Shown: positions 48,914 through 60,002 of the stretch, piece after piece
How the letters are laid out: every line of letters starts with the position of its first letter
Numbering within the stretch: the stretch's first letter is position 1
Assembly: GCA_963707655.1 (NCBI GenBank)
Contig: OY970172.1
Location: 800,001-864,000, forward strand
From: an uncultured bacterium
GTDB lineage: Bacteria; Babelota; Babeliae; Babelales; Vermiphilaceae
Length of the DNA stretch: 64,000 nucleotides
Direction: 5' to 3'
Program-made: the position numbers and the translations under genes
Notes under the pieces: generated by a model
Seen by the model: the letters and a program-made list of their open reading frames with translations, nothing else
The model's database searches: none
Told to the model about the DNA's origin: nothing

Positions 48914-49906
48914 CTAAAACTGATATACATCGCGAAACTTTTGACAATATTTCGCAATCTTTTCTGTAAATTTGCTCACTAAAGTATCGTGCTTAATTAA
49001 ATCAGTGAGCTGACTATATTGATTTGTCGTGCCCAAGCGTTCGGTCGCAATCGAAAGACACGCCAATGACCCGATGAGGTCAGCCTCCCATTCATCAGGA
49101 CTCTTTCTGAAAAAATCACTCGGCGGAATCTCCCATGACTGTTCAAGATCAAAAATCATTATCTTGTCATTATCCATAGCCATGTTCGCCGGGCGCGAGT
49201 TGCGATCTACAGTAAAAACGTCAGGCAATGCCACATATTTAGTCATGGTAAAAAGCTCAGGCACAATGCTATCAGAAAACTTTTGAAAGGCCTCTTGGAA
49301 ATCCTTCCCTGTAGACTTCAACCCTGTTATATAATCCTGAACAACAACGTAATTCTGATCGCAGCACTTCTTTGAGCGGCCAGGAACACGCATGAGGTAG
49401 GTGGGCGGCACACTAATATGCTTTAAATCGAATATTTCAATTGCTTCAGTCACACGCAAATAATTGGCTGCATGACTGATAGTTTGATACGTTGTCCGGT
49501 CCTGATTATTATCATTAACTGAATAGCCAGCTCTGATATTCTCGCGCCTCGCCTCAGGACTACTGATTTTAATAATCGTATCATCTGAAGGTTGAATCGT
49601 ATAATTTCTTCCCCCGTAATAAGTAACTTTAAAACAACTCATGTCACGTTTTTTCCATTGTGATACGTGCTCATCTGGATTGCAACTCAACGTTTGCAAA
49701 ATACCGCCGTTCCTGCTGTCAAAGTTTTTCAAATTGGTCTTTCTCTCTTGTGACAGTCGCACAGGCATGAGTTCGCGTATATTATCTAAGGTAATTTCTT
49801 GCCCTTTGTAGGTATTGATTGCCCCTATAGCTTCGGGCACCTCAGCTCCAAAAAGCACAGCGAAAAAGAGCATTGAACCATACACTTTTATAAGAGTTGT
49901 AAACAT
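48914..49906 (-). CDS. Secreted atypical protein-kinase-like protein (paralog B)
   Basis: IIKIS, VPPTYL, YVVVQDYI, D..(insert)..N, IMIFDLE. Start at 49906 after GAGG. Confidence 0.65.
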   Translation of the reverse strand: MFTTLIKVYGSMLFFAVLFGAEVPEAIGAINTYKGQEITLDNIRELMPVRLSQERKTNLKNFDSRNGGILQTLSCNPDEHVSQWKKRDMSCFKVTYYGGRNYTIQPSDDTIIKISSPEARRENIRAGYSVNDNNQDRTTYQTISHAANYLRVTEAIEIFDLKHISVPPTYLMRVPGRSKKCCDQNYVVVQDYITGLKSTGKDFQEAFQKFSDSIVPELFTMTKYVALPDVFTVDRNSRPANMAMDNDKIMIFDLEQSWEIPPSDFFRKSPDEWEADLIGSLACLSIATERLGTTNQYSQLTDLIKHDTLVSKFTEKIAKYCQKFRDVYQF

Positions 49907-49933
49907 TAAATATATCCTCGTTACTGACAACAA

Positions 49934-50974
49934 TTATTTTTTGATCCCAAAACAATTTAATAAATGGGACACTTCATCTGCGGCAAAATGGGTCCTGATA
50001 AGATCTTTTAAAATCCCACTCTTCTTCCGATCTTTTTCGATCAGATCAATTAGGGTATGGATAGTGCACAAAGTCTCATCGCGAAAGCGTTTTTGATCTT
50101 TATTAAAAAATTTCTCTCGATCGTAAAAGGGACAGAGCTCAAGATCAAAAAGAGTAATTTTATTGCCCACAACCGTCCAATTTTTATAGAACAAAATATC
50201 TTCCAAACCTCCCCAGACGATAACATGAAAAAGCTCTTCCACTATATCATCAGGCATTTGTGATAATTTGGTTTGGGCATCTTCAATGCTTTTATTTGGC
50301 ACATGAGAAGGCAATGCCTCTTGAATAATCATATAATTCTCATCACACACAATTTTAGGATGACCCGGCAGGCGTATCAGATAGGTTGGAAGGGTAGCAA
50401 TATAACGGCAGCTAAATTTTTCTAAAGCCTCTTGCGCTTTTAGCGTGCACGCTGCTTTGGCAATAGTTTGATAGGTTGTGTAGTCAGTAAGCTCACCGAT
50501 GCCAAATGATTCTTTGTGCAAGTGGATGCCATCACTATACGCTTTGGCGCTTCCTCCGGCGGAAATGAACAAGTTGACGGCCCTGGCAACCCCGCTGCTG
50601 ATTTTTGCGAACCAGTGCAGAGTGCCCATTTTAAATACGTAATTTTTCCACGATCCCTGATCAACCACATCACGGTCGACTAATGGCTTCTTTGACGCCA
50701 TACCACCAACATAGATCGGCGCAATATCTTCGCTAGGATCGCTCGGGCTTACCTTTATTGATTCAATGGTATCAACTACCGTCTCATGATGCTTCATCCA
50801 TTTTTTTATGGCACGCCTGGTGCCTTCCGGTCTTCCAGGCATGAGAGATAGAATAGTTTGTGGCGTTATTTCAGTGCCTTTGTAGGTTGTGCGCGATGTT
50901 ACTGCTTCGTATCGCAGATCCATGCAATAGGCGCTGTACAAAGTCAGACTTAAAAATAAGAATATTTTTTTCAT
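49934..50974 (-). CDS. Secreted atypical protein-kinase-like protein (paralog A)
   Basis: Signal peptide. QGSWKNYVF, FAKIS, YMIIQEAL, EDILFYKN, ITLFDLE. Confidence 0.68.
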   Translation of the reverse strand: MKKIFLFLSLTLYSAYCMDLRYEAVTSRTTYKGTEITPQTILSLMPGRPEGTRRAIKKWMKHHETVVDTIESIKVSPSDPSEDIAPIYVGGMASKKPLVDRDVVDQGSWKNYVFKMGTLHWFAKISSGVARAVNLFISAGGSAKAYSDGIHLHKESFGIGELTDYTTYQTIAKAACTLKAQEALEKFSCRYIATLPTYLIRLPGHPKIVCDENYMIIQEALPSHVPNKSIEDAQTKLSQMPDDIVEELFHVIVWGGLEDILFYKNWTVVGNKITLFDLELCPFYDREKFFNKDQKRFRDETLCTIHTLIDLIEKDRKKSGILKDLIRTHFAADEVSHLLNCFGIKK

Positions 50975-51111
50975 AGAAACCCTGCCTTGTTTACTGTACG
51001 AATGTATCTCTCATCGCTTTGAAGCAGTATACAAAAAAATATTTCTTCTATAAAAACAATTATTACCACTTCAAAGCATCGAGTTGATAACAAATCAGAA
51101 CTCACTCTTCA

Positions 51112-52224
51112 TTATCGGTTTGCATCAATAACAATAGCAAGTAGTTCACCCATATCTGGATATTCTGTTCGTATTCTTTGCATGGTTGGGTTACTGAGCA
51201 AAGCGGCTGAATCTTTGCATAACTGCCGACGTTTGCTTAGTAATGCCTGCGCAAAGGTGCAAGCATCCAGATCGACTAAGCGCAAAGCTTGTTTATAAAA
51301 ATCTGAAAATATTTTTTTATTATGCGCAGCTGCTTGCCACACAACAACACTGGATCCATTGTAAGTGGCCAATAACGAGCCGCTTTGATTAATAAACCAA
51401 TCAGACAATCGCCCATGCCCTTCATGCACAAATGGCAGAGGGCGCGGCATTGTGCGCTCAATAGGCATTGTTGATTTCACTAAGGTGAATCTATTTTGAA
51501 TGGATGCCAGAATAACATTTTTACAAGGAAAGTCGTACAACACAGTGTCACTGGAGCGATTAAAAATTTTAATCGCTGCGACTACATCACGTATCTTTTT
51601 CTCGTGAAAACTAGATGGAATCAAAGCCGATTCGCTCGAATCTTCTTCTTTATCGGCATCTAGAGATGGCTCTTGCGCCAGCCCATCGCTTTCCGGCATA
51701 GGCATAACCATTTCATCGCCCATACGATGCATCATTGTTTCATTTACCAACAAGGAGCGTGAAGCATCAAATTTTGCTTTCCATGGGAGCACCCACACGA
51801 TCTTTTCAGAAAAATCTGCGGCCGCGTAATACGTTGAATCGGCGCAATGGGCGACAACAAATTTGCCCCCCGCATCAAAATCAACCCTTTCAATGGGACC
51901 TTTAACATTGAAATTCCATATCGTTGATTTGGGATCTTCATCCATATCGTCTGGAAAACGTTGAAGAATCAGCGTTGTGCCCATTGCATACACAAAGGTC
52001 AAGGGGTCAGCCGGATGAAATTTGAACGTATTCAGATCACAACACGTTATCGTTTCTGCCTTATTTAACCAGGGAAATGATTCTATATTGACTGTTGAAG
52101 CCAATACTAATGGATGAATTTTTTTGACAATTTCCAGGGGAAAAGTGTGAATTTCAGCAGCATTAATTAAACACGAGCTTAGAAAGACTGAAACAATAGA
52201 AAACTTTAAGAGATACTTAGACAT
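51112..52224 (-). CDS. Secreted divergent beta-propeller (WD40-like) protein with F-box-like N-terminus
   Basis: Signal peptide from MSKYLLK. FPLEIVKKI. Blades such as IERVDFDAGGKFVVA and FINQSGSLLATYNGSSVVVW. Confidence 0.6.
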   Translation of the reverse strand: MSKYLLKFSIVSVFLSSCLINAAEIHTFPLEIVKKIHPLVLASTVNIESFPWLNKAETITCCDLNTFKFHPADPLTFVYAMGTTLILQRFPDDMDEDPKSTIWNFNVKGPIERVDFDAGGKFVVAHCADSTYYAAADFSEKIVWVLPWKAKFDASRSLLVNETMMHRMGDEMVMPMPESDGLAQEPSLDADKEEDSSESALIPSSFHEKKIRDVVAAIKIFNRSSDTVLYDFPCKNVILASIQNRFTLVKSTMPIERTMPRPLPFVHEGHGRLSDWFINQSGSLLATYNGSSVVVWQAAAHNKKIFSDFYKQALRLVDLDACTFAQALLSKRRQLCKDSAALLSNPTMQRIRTEYPDMGELLAIVIDANR

Positions 52225-52631
52225 GTCTTTCCTCATAATAACCAAAAAGAATTGTTGAAGGTGGGCGCGCCAGGCAAACAAGCGCTTTTAAACGTGTAGA
52301 TAAATAAAGAATAATATCAGAAATTCATTCTTTATTATATTGGGCATACTAGTGCAACAAATCGAAAGCGCATCCCTGTGGCATTATGGGCAAAATCTTT
52401 CACATGGAAACAAATAAAAAGATTCAATAATAATTGCTTAACCAAGCGGAATTTTTGATTGCCCAAAATACAAAATAAATATAAACTGAAAAAGACTGGT
52501 ACATACAACAAAAACCTTACTATACAAGATTGGCATCAATAGCCAAATAATATTAATAATTGTTTTAAATGAACATACATCAGCCACATTCATTATAAAT
52601 AATTAACTATTCACCTTATATGGAGTCGAAC

Positions 52632-53195
52632 ATGATAAAGAAGATACTAGTATTATGCGGCCTACTGGCAATTTCTATTAGCGCAAGTGAGCAACCAACT
52701 CTATCAACATTCATTGCGCAACAAGCACTGTCTCGTGTTGATAAGGACAATCCAGACTGGAAACATGACACGTTGCGTGCATTGATTAACACCGCACATG
52801 TTATGGTATTTGCTCCCATCGGAGATGCGCCTCATCGTGCGCGGGTTGACTTGGCAACGGCAGCGGTAGCGGCAGAACTGATACTCATGGGATATCCCAC
52901 ATACGATGAGCCTGAATTAGTCGACAATCAAAATGTAGCCCGTAACTTTCCTAAGACTTTCCAAGCTTTTCATTCCGCATCAACTCTGATGGAAATCGCC
53001 AATATGCCGCTTGATGTGTTACGTACTGAAGGATTAGATCTCGCCCCATTGCGCATGACATCTATTGAGCAAATTGCAAGAATTCGCCGCGAAAATCACA
53101 TGCTGGAGACTCGTGACGCGGCAGTAACTGAACTTCTTCAAGCAGCAAATGACGACGCAGTAGCTAGACTTCTTGAAGAAGCAAACAACTCGTGA
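52632..53195 (+). CDS. Secreted hypothetical protein
   Basis: GGAG RBS, signal peptide MIKKILVLCGLLAISISA. Confidence 0.72.
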   Translation: MIKKILVLCGLLAISISASEQPTLSTFIAQQALSRVDKDNPDWKHDTLRALINTAHVMVFAPIGDAPHRARVDLATAAVAAELILMGYPTYDEPELVDNQNVARNFPKTFQAFHSASTLMEIANMPLDVLRTEGLDLAPLRMTSIEQIARIRRENHMLETRDAAVTELLQAANDDAVARLLEEANNS

Positions 53196-53246
53196 TAATT
53201 CTCTGATTGATGAAATGCTTTAAAGCATCCAACGGCAAAAAGAAAA

Positions 53247-53280
53247 AAAGGCGGCGATCATCACAATAATCGCCGCCTTT
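53247..53280. terminator. Bidirectional terminator hairpin between convergent genes
   Basis: AAAGGCGGCGAT / ATCGCCGCCTTT. Confidence 0.78.
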
Positions 53281-53288
53281 AGTTTAAT

Positions 53289-53876
53289 CTAGCGAGTGCT
53301 GTCATCCGGGTCAGTCTGATATCCGTTGGGCAAGCTTGTCTCGCACGATTCCCTTTTCATACTATGGTAACCATTCCGCTTCGCGCATGAGCTACTAACC
53401 TTGCGCCCGAGCCAATCTGCGAAGCCCCATGTTTCTTCTTCACTTGACGATTCGTTCGTGTCTGATTCTTCACCCGATGCGTATCCTTGCCAAGCATCGT
53501 CTCCCAGAAAAACCGCGTCGCCCATTAACTCCTTTTTAGCTTGATCGATCAGCAGTTGCGCTTCCTGCTCATCCATTCTTTTCAGCCAGGATTCATGAAA
53601 AGCATAACCAAAAGGGTCAACGATTCCATAATATACTGTGCCTTCGCGTGGATGATTCGTTTTCATATAACGAGTGGCGGCGGGTATCCCAAGAGGCACG
53701 ACGGTCCAGTGATAAAAATTATCTATTCCCCACACTGCTTTTGCATCTCCTTTTATAGCTGCTATTTTACCATTTACTTCTGGATAAGGAGAATTAACAA
53801 CCTGTGCATATTTCATTGGTGGTTCCGCTGCATAGATAGTAGGGATTGCCAGTAGTAACGCTAACAAGAATATCAT
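53289..53876 (-). CDS. Secreted hypothetical protein with acidic C-terminal region
   Basis: AGGAG RBS before the ATG at 53876. Signal peptide ending TIYA. Confidence 0.72.
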   Translation of the reverse strand: MIFLLALLLAIPTIYAAEPPMKYAQVVNSPYPEVNGKIAAIKGDAKAVWGIDNFYHWTVVPLGIPAATRYMKTNHPREGTVYYGIVDPFGYAFHESWLKRMDEQEAQLLIDQAKKELMGDAVFLGDDAWQGYASGEESDTNESSSEEETWGFADWLGRKVSSSCAKRNGYHSMKRESCETSLPNGYQTDPDDSTR

Positions 53877-54097
53877 AAAACTCCTTCTCAAAATTAATTA
53901 ACGATCATGCAATTGCGAATCACATAGTATATTGTACGCATCAAAAAAATGTACCGCATGCATTACGAGTATCATACATTGCAATTCCAGGGCAAGACAA
54001 TTATTTCAGATTTTGATGCCTATTTTTTGATTACTTCTTTACAATTATTTTGCCTTTCATTACCTTGGTTTAATATACGAAAATATCTCTTTTTTAA

Positions 54098-55558
<1,461 letters not shown>

Positions 55559-55561
55559 CCT

Positions 55562-55810
55562 ATGCAGTTACTGATAATAAGTGCAACAGAAAGAAAATCA
55601 TATGCGGTGGAGTGGCTGGAAATAAATACGGCTGAAGGCAACTTTGTGATCCAAAGTGACCACGCCCCAACAATTTTGGTTCTTGCTCCTGAAAGCTTAG
55701 TAACGTATTTGCCCTCCGGCGAACAGACGAGCGTAAACTTGCGGATAAAGCAGGCGGTTGTTGAAATTACGCGCGAGCAGGCCATTTTGATCATCACGCA
55801 AAATTCATAA
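55562..55810 (+). CDS. atpC: F-type ATP synthase epsilon subunit (N-terminal beta domain only)
   Basis: INTAEGNFVIQSDHAPTILVL matches epsilon GxxGILxxHAP. Directly follows atpD. Confidence 0.8.
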   Translation: MQLLIISATERKSYAVEWLEINTAEGNFVIQSDHAPTILVLAPESLVTYLPSGEQTSVNLRIKQAVVEITREQAILIITQNS

Positions 55811-55825
55811 ACAACGAGCCCACTC

Positions 55826-57436
55826 ATGAAAAAATTTCTGGGATACATTTGCGGCGGATCATTGACCGAAGGGTTTATGATGCGCATAGATCAACACGTA
55901 TCTTTGGAGCAGATCAAAACAGGTAAATTTGTTTCGATCGTGGGAACGGCACATACTTTTTTTTCTTTGGTCACTGATATTTCTTTGGAAGTTGCACATC
56001 CTGATATTTTGCTCTTTCCGCCAACACCCACAGAAACGCTCCTTGCGCGTGCACTAAAGAACAAAGACATTTATGCAACGGCGCAGCTTAAACCAATGCT
56101 CATGTTAGCCAAAGATGAAAAACCCTCTCCGGTAAAAACAGTGCCACCACATTTTGCCACGGTGCACGAGGCTGATGCAAAAGATGTTGCACGCATTTTT
56201 GGTGATGAAAATGAACCAACCAAGCGCTATTTCAATATCGGCGTACCGCTTGATATGACAACTCCTGTGTGTCTTGATCTTGAAAGACTTGTTGAGCGCA
56301 GCAATGGCATTTTTGGTAAAACAGGAACAGGAAAAACGTTTTTAACGCGTCTCGTACTTGCCGGATTAATAAAAAATGAAAAAGCGGTAAATCTGATTTT
56401 TGATATGCACAGTGAATATGGCCTGCAAGCCCGCAAAGAGGGAAAAACGCTCAATTTTGTAAAAGGCTTAAAAACACTCTTCCACGATAAAGTGGTTATA
56501 TTTTCTCTTGATCCTGAATCAACTCGACGTCGAGGCGCAAGCCCTGATGTTGAGGTTGTATTGCCTTACAGTGCAATTTCTGTTGAAGACATTCTTTCCT
56601 TGCAAGAGGAGCTTAATTTACATTCAACCGCAATGGAAGCAGCATATTTAATTGCCGCCAAATACAAAAAGAATTGGCTGCAAGAATTATTGGCCCAAGA
56701 AGACTTAAAAGAATTTGCTCAAGGCCTAGGGGCCCATCCTGAATCTATCGCTGCTTTATACCGCAAACTAAAACGCATTGAGCGCTTGCCATTTTTAAAA
56801 CCCACCGTTCTGGGTGCCGCTTATAAAGACCATTCGGTGATTGATCAAATGATGGAATATATTAATCGTGGCATCAGCGTAGTAATTGAATTTGGTAACT
56901 TTACCTCTACGTTTATCTATCTACTCATTGCCAATATTATTACGCGCCGTATTCATGCAGAATATGTGGAGCGAACAGAAAAATTTTTCGGCTCGCAAAG
57001 AGAAGAAGACAAGCCGCGCAAACTTATGATCACTATTGAGGAAGCACACAAATTTTTAAATCCTCAAGCAGCAAGACAAACTATTTTTGGCACTATCGCA
57101 CGTGAAATGAGAAAATATTACGTTTCTTTGTTAGTTGTTGATCAACGGCCTTCGGGAATTGATCCTGAAATTATCTCTCAGATCGGCACCAAAATTGTAG
57201 CACAGTTAAATGATGAAAAAGATATTCAAGCAGTGCTGACCGGTATAAACAATGCCACCAGCTTGCGCTCAATACTCACCACACTTGATAGCAAAAAACA
57301 AGCTCTTTTGCTGGGCCACGCCCTGACTATGCCGGTGGTCATACAAACTCGTGAATATGATGAAGAGTTCTATAAAGCAATGGGTAATCAGGTAAGCGTT
57401 AAAGAGATTAACGAATTTATTAATGAGATTTTTTAA
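55826..57436 (+). CDS. HerA/FtsK-family ATPase (HAS barrel plus DUF87-type)
   Basis: N-terminal barrel, GIFGKTGTGKT, IFDMHSEYG, TIEEAHKF, IAREMRKY, DQRPS.ID..I.SQ. Confidence 0.88.
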   Translation: MKKFLGYICGGSLTEGFMMRIDQHVSLEQIKTGKFVSIVGTAHTFFSLVTDISLEVAHPDILLFPPTPTETLLARALKNKDIYATAQLKPMLMLAKDEKPSPVKTVPPHFATVHEADAKDVARIFGDENEPTKRYFNIGVPLDMTTPVCLDLERLVERSNGIFGKTGTGKTFLTRLVLAGLIKNEKAVNLIFDMHSEYGLQARKEGKTLNFVKGLKTLFHDKVVIFSLDPESTRRRGASPDVEVVLPYSAISVEDILSLQEELNLHSTAMEAAYLIAAKYKKNWLQELLAQEDLKEFAQGLGAHPESIAALYRKLKRIERLPFLKPTVLGAAYKDHSVIDQMMEYINRGISVVIEFGNFTSTFIYLLIANIITRRIHAEYVERTEKFFGSQREEDKPRKLMITIEEAHKFLNPQAARQTIFGTIAREMRKYYVSLLVVDQRPSGIDPEIISQIGTKIVAQLNDEKDIQAVLTGINNATSLRSILTTLDSKKQALLLGHALTMPVVIQTREYDEEFYKAMGNQVSVKEINEFINEIF

Positions 57437-57599
57437 GCTTTTTTTCAATCAACAAAAGCCTTTAGACATACACTTCATTTCTTAAGCCTTTATACTATTG
57501 ATTTATTCGCCTGCCGCATGGTAAAATAATTTCAAGTACAATTATTAGTGCGCGCTTGAGCGCGGCAAAATATGCAGACAGAACAAACAAGGCGATGTG

Positions 57600-58526
57600 A
57601 TGAGAAAAAATTATTTTTGTGTAAAATTTATTTTTTTATTTACCTTCATTACTACTCTTAATAAAGGCACGGCCTTTGAAAGAATTAAATTTTTAATCTG
57701 CGCCGATAACGCCCGGGGAATACCGGGGGAAAAAAGTGCCACTTCAGATGTATCAGTATATGAAAATAAAAATGTGGTACGCAAACAGGTCAAAGACTAT
57801 CTGCAGTACGATGTGTTTAATCGAGAAGTAGAAACATTAATGGCACTCAATAACTTTTCTCATGTTCCAAAAATTTTGGCGGTAGATTTTGATAATAAGA
57901 CTTTTTATATGGAATATGGGGGAGAGCCGTTAACTAAAAAAAATCTTCCCGCAGACTGGCCAAGGCAAATTAAAAATATCATTGATGGGTTGAGAAAGCG
58001 TGGCATTCAGCACAACGATATAAAGAACGCAGAGCTATTGGTCAAAAATGGTAAAATTATGCTCATAGATTATGGTTGGGCATCTGAATATGGCAAACCT
58101 ATTGACCCTTCATGGCCTTCAGGTCTTGGCGGCCGCTACAAAGCTCCTTGGGGCTTTGATGACAGATACTCAATCATTTTTGCTGTTATGACCGCTCAAG
58201 CTGACGGAAAAAATCCAACCAAGAGAGAAGTAGAAGAAAAAATCAAACAAATATTTGGCAATAATGATTTCTCTGCCGCACCTGTTGAATATACGATCAT
58301 AAAAGCTCAATATGGCAACGACGATAAACAAAAAGATGTAACGGAAAATTTGAAGAAAGCTACAAAAGAAACATCATTTGATTTTGAAGGTGGAAACCAG
58401 TCATTTAACAGCCTCTTTACAGATCCTGCTCCCGGTGCAAAAAAGACTCTTTCTATCGAATATAAAGATCAGACGGGAACGCATACAAAAAAGATTCAAG
58501 AAGATCAGGCATTTATTCTTCCATGA
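57600..58526 (+). CDS. Secreted protein-kinase-like protein with C-terminal SUEL/DUF3395-like lectin domain
   Basis: VVRKQ, REVE, VPKIL, YMEYGG, HNDIK, LIDYG. C-terminal IIKAQYG..DVT..FN.LFTDPAPG.KK.LSIEY. Confidence 0.75.
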   Translation: MRKNYFCVKFIFLFTFITTLNKGTAFERIKFLICADNARGIPGEKSATSDVSVYENKNVVRKQVKDYLQYDVFNREVETLMALNNFSHVPKILAVDFDNKTFYMEYGGEPLTKKNLPADWPRQIKNIIDGLRKRGIQHNDIKNAELLVKNGKIMLIDYGWASEYGKPIDPSWPSGLGGRYKAPWGFDDRYSIIFAVMTAQADGKNPTKREVEEKIKQIFGNNDFSAAPVEYTIIKAQYGNDDKQKDVTENLKKATKETSFDFEGGNQSFNSLFTDPAPGAKKTLSIEYKDQTGTHTKKIQEDQAFILP

Positions 58527-58539
58527 AAAGGATATTGAA

Positions 58540-59310
58540 ATGAAATTAAAGCTTTACGTTCTCTATTTTTCTTTGTTTATTACGGTACTGACGGCGCAAG
58601 AAGAGATGACGAGAATCAAATCTGAACTTAACGTTGCTGGCCAACTGCAAAAATGCGTATTTAATGCGGCATTTATAAAACAGAATGAAAATGCATACAA
58701 CAAAAACAACCGGACCCAAAGATATAACGAATTAAAACAATGTATTGACCCGATAGAGCATTATGATGATCTTGATACTCTACATGCTTTAAAGCAACTT
58801 GTTCTCTTGGAGCTCAATATGGCTCTTTTTATAGCACAACGAATTTATTTTGAAACTAGAGAGATGCGCGTATTCGATCAGTACAATGAACCAATTATCA
58901 TAAAAAATGATCCCGATCTTAAAAAAGCGATGTGGCTGTTTGTTTTATTGTGGGCACAGGCAAGAATTAATGCGGATTCTGATGAATACGAATTAAATAA
59001 TGATATCACTCGAGCGCTTGAGATGATTGAATATTTTTTAGCTGATATTGGATTTGTATATAACAAACAAGCACCAGCCTCTGGTGACTTAATAAATCAA
59101 CAGATACTGCTACTCTTTGACCATCTTAATGTAGTGCAAAAAACTTCAAGCGCTTCTGGTAAGCGCTTAATAGACACTTTAAGTAAGTATAACCTTGCAA
59201 GTATCGCTCCGGAGCAGGTAATTAAAAAGCACGAAGATACTAATGACTCAGATTCAGAAGGTTATGCGAGTGATGCGAGTGACGATTACTCTAGCTCAGA
59301 TCCAGTATAA
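58540..59310 (+). CDS. Secreted helical hypothetical protein with acidic tail
   Basis: AAGGA RBS before the ATG at 58540. Signal peptide. Confidence 0.72.
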   Translation: MKLKLYVLYFSLFITVLTAQEEMTRIKSELNVAGQLQKCVFNAAFIKQNENAYNKNNRTQRYNELKQCIDPIEHYDDLDTLHALKQLVLLELNMALFIAQRIYFETREMRVFDQYNEPIIIKNDPDLKKAMWLFVLLWAQARINADSDEYELNNDITRALEMIEYFLADIGFVYNKQAPASGDLINQQILLLFDHLNVVQKTSSASGKRLIDTLSKYNLASIAPEQVIKKHEDTNDSDSEGYASDASDDYSSSDPV

Positions 59311-59356
59311 GCTTGAAAAAACTCTGCGCGCAGTAATAAAAAAAAGCACTCAAATA

Positions 59357-59974
59357 TCAGCTGTGCTTCTCGTAGGCAAGGCGCAGTTCAGTCATTTTCT
59401 TTGTATGCCAAAATTGTATTGACTCTGCTCTCGCTTCGAGGGAATCCTCTACCAACTCAAGCTTTACCAATTCATTGGTTAAAAGACCGGCATAACATTT
59501 CATCGCTTCATCGGTTGCCGCGGGATTATTTAGATAACTCTCTTCACTCACGGTAGCTTTTTGCTCAGAGGTTAACAAATGAGTAAAAGCATACATGCGC
59601 GCGGTAGCCAGACCAGTGGCCTTTATAACTTTTTTTTCACGCATGGCAATACGCATTTTCAGTAATGTATCAACAATTGAATCTTGGCTATAGGGAGTCT
59701 CAACAGAGCTTTCTTTCAACTTTTCATAAAATCCCCCTACAAGCACACCTATCGCTTCTTTAAGCTCATTTTCTGTACTTTGGCCATGAAGCGCATTTTT
59801 CATTTGCGGTGAAATATTTTGCCATAGAGTAGGTGCATGCTTCTCTTTTTGTGTGTCATACCATTCGTAATATTTATCTTCTTCAGAAGATAGTGAGAAT
59901 TCAGCGACTTCTTCCATGCCAACAACAGTTGAACCCGACACAGCACAGAGGAATAAAAGAGTAAATTTTTTCAT
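59357..59974 (-). CDS. Secreted hypothetical protein
   Basis: AAGGAG RBS, signal peptide MKKFTLLFLCAVSGSTVVG. Confidence 0.72.
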   Translation of the reverse strand: MKKFTLLFLCAVSGSTVVGMEEVAEFSLSSEEDKYYEWYDTQKEKHAPTLWQNISPQMKNALHGQSTENELKEAIGVLVGGFYEKLKESSVETPYSQDSIVDTLLKMRIAMREKKVIKATGLATARMYAFTHLLTSEQKATVSEESYLNNPAATDEAMKCYAGLLTNELVKLELVEDSLEARAESIQFWHTKKMTELRLAYEKHS

Positions 59975-60002
59975 CACAAAAAGCTCCTTTTTATAAATAA
60001 TT

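Noticed and set aside
55826..57436. HerA as part of an anti-phage system (Sir2-HerA or nuclease-HerA type)
   Set aside because: No partner effector gene is adjacent and the context is housekeeping.
58378..58539. Long 5' extensions in the ORF track (also 18400, 46428, 52281, 60064, 13325)
   Set aside because: They overlap neighbouring genes or lack an RBS. Downstream ATGs have an RBS and give proper signal peptides or domain starts.
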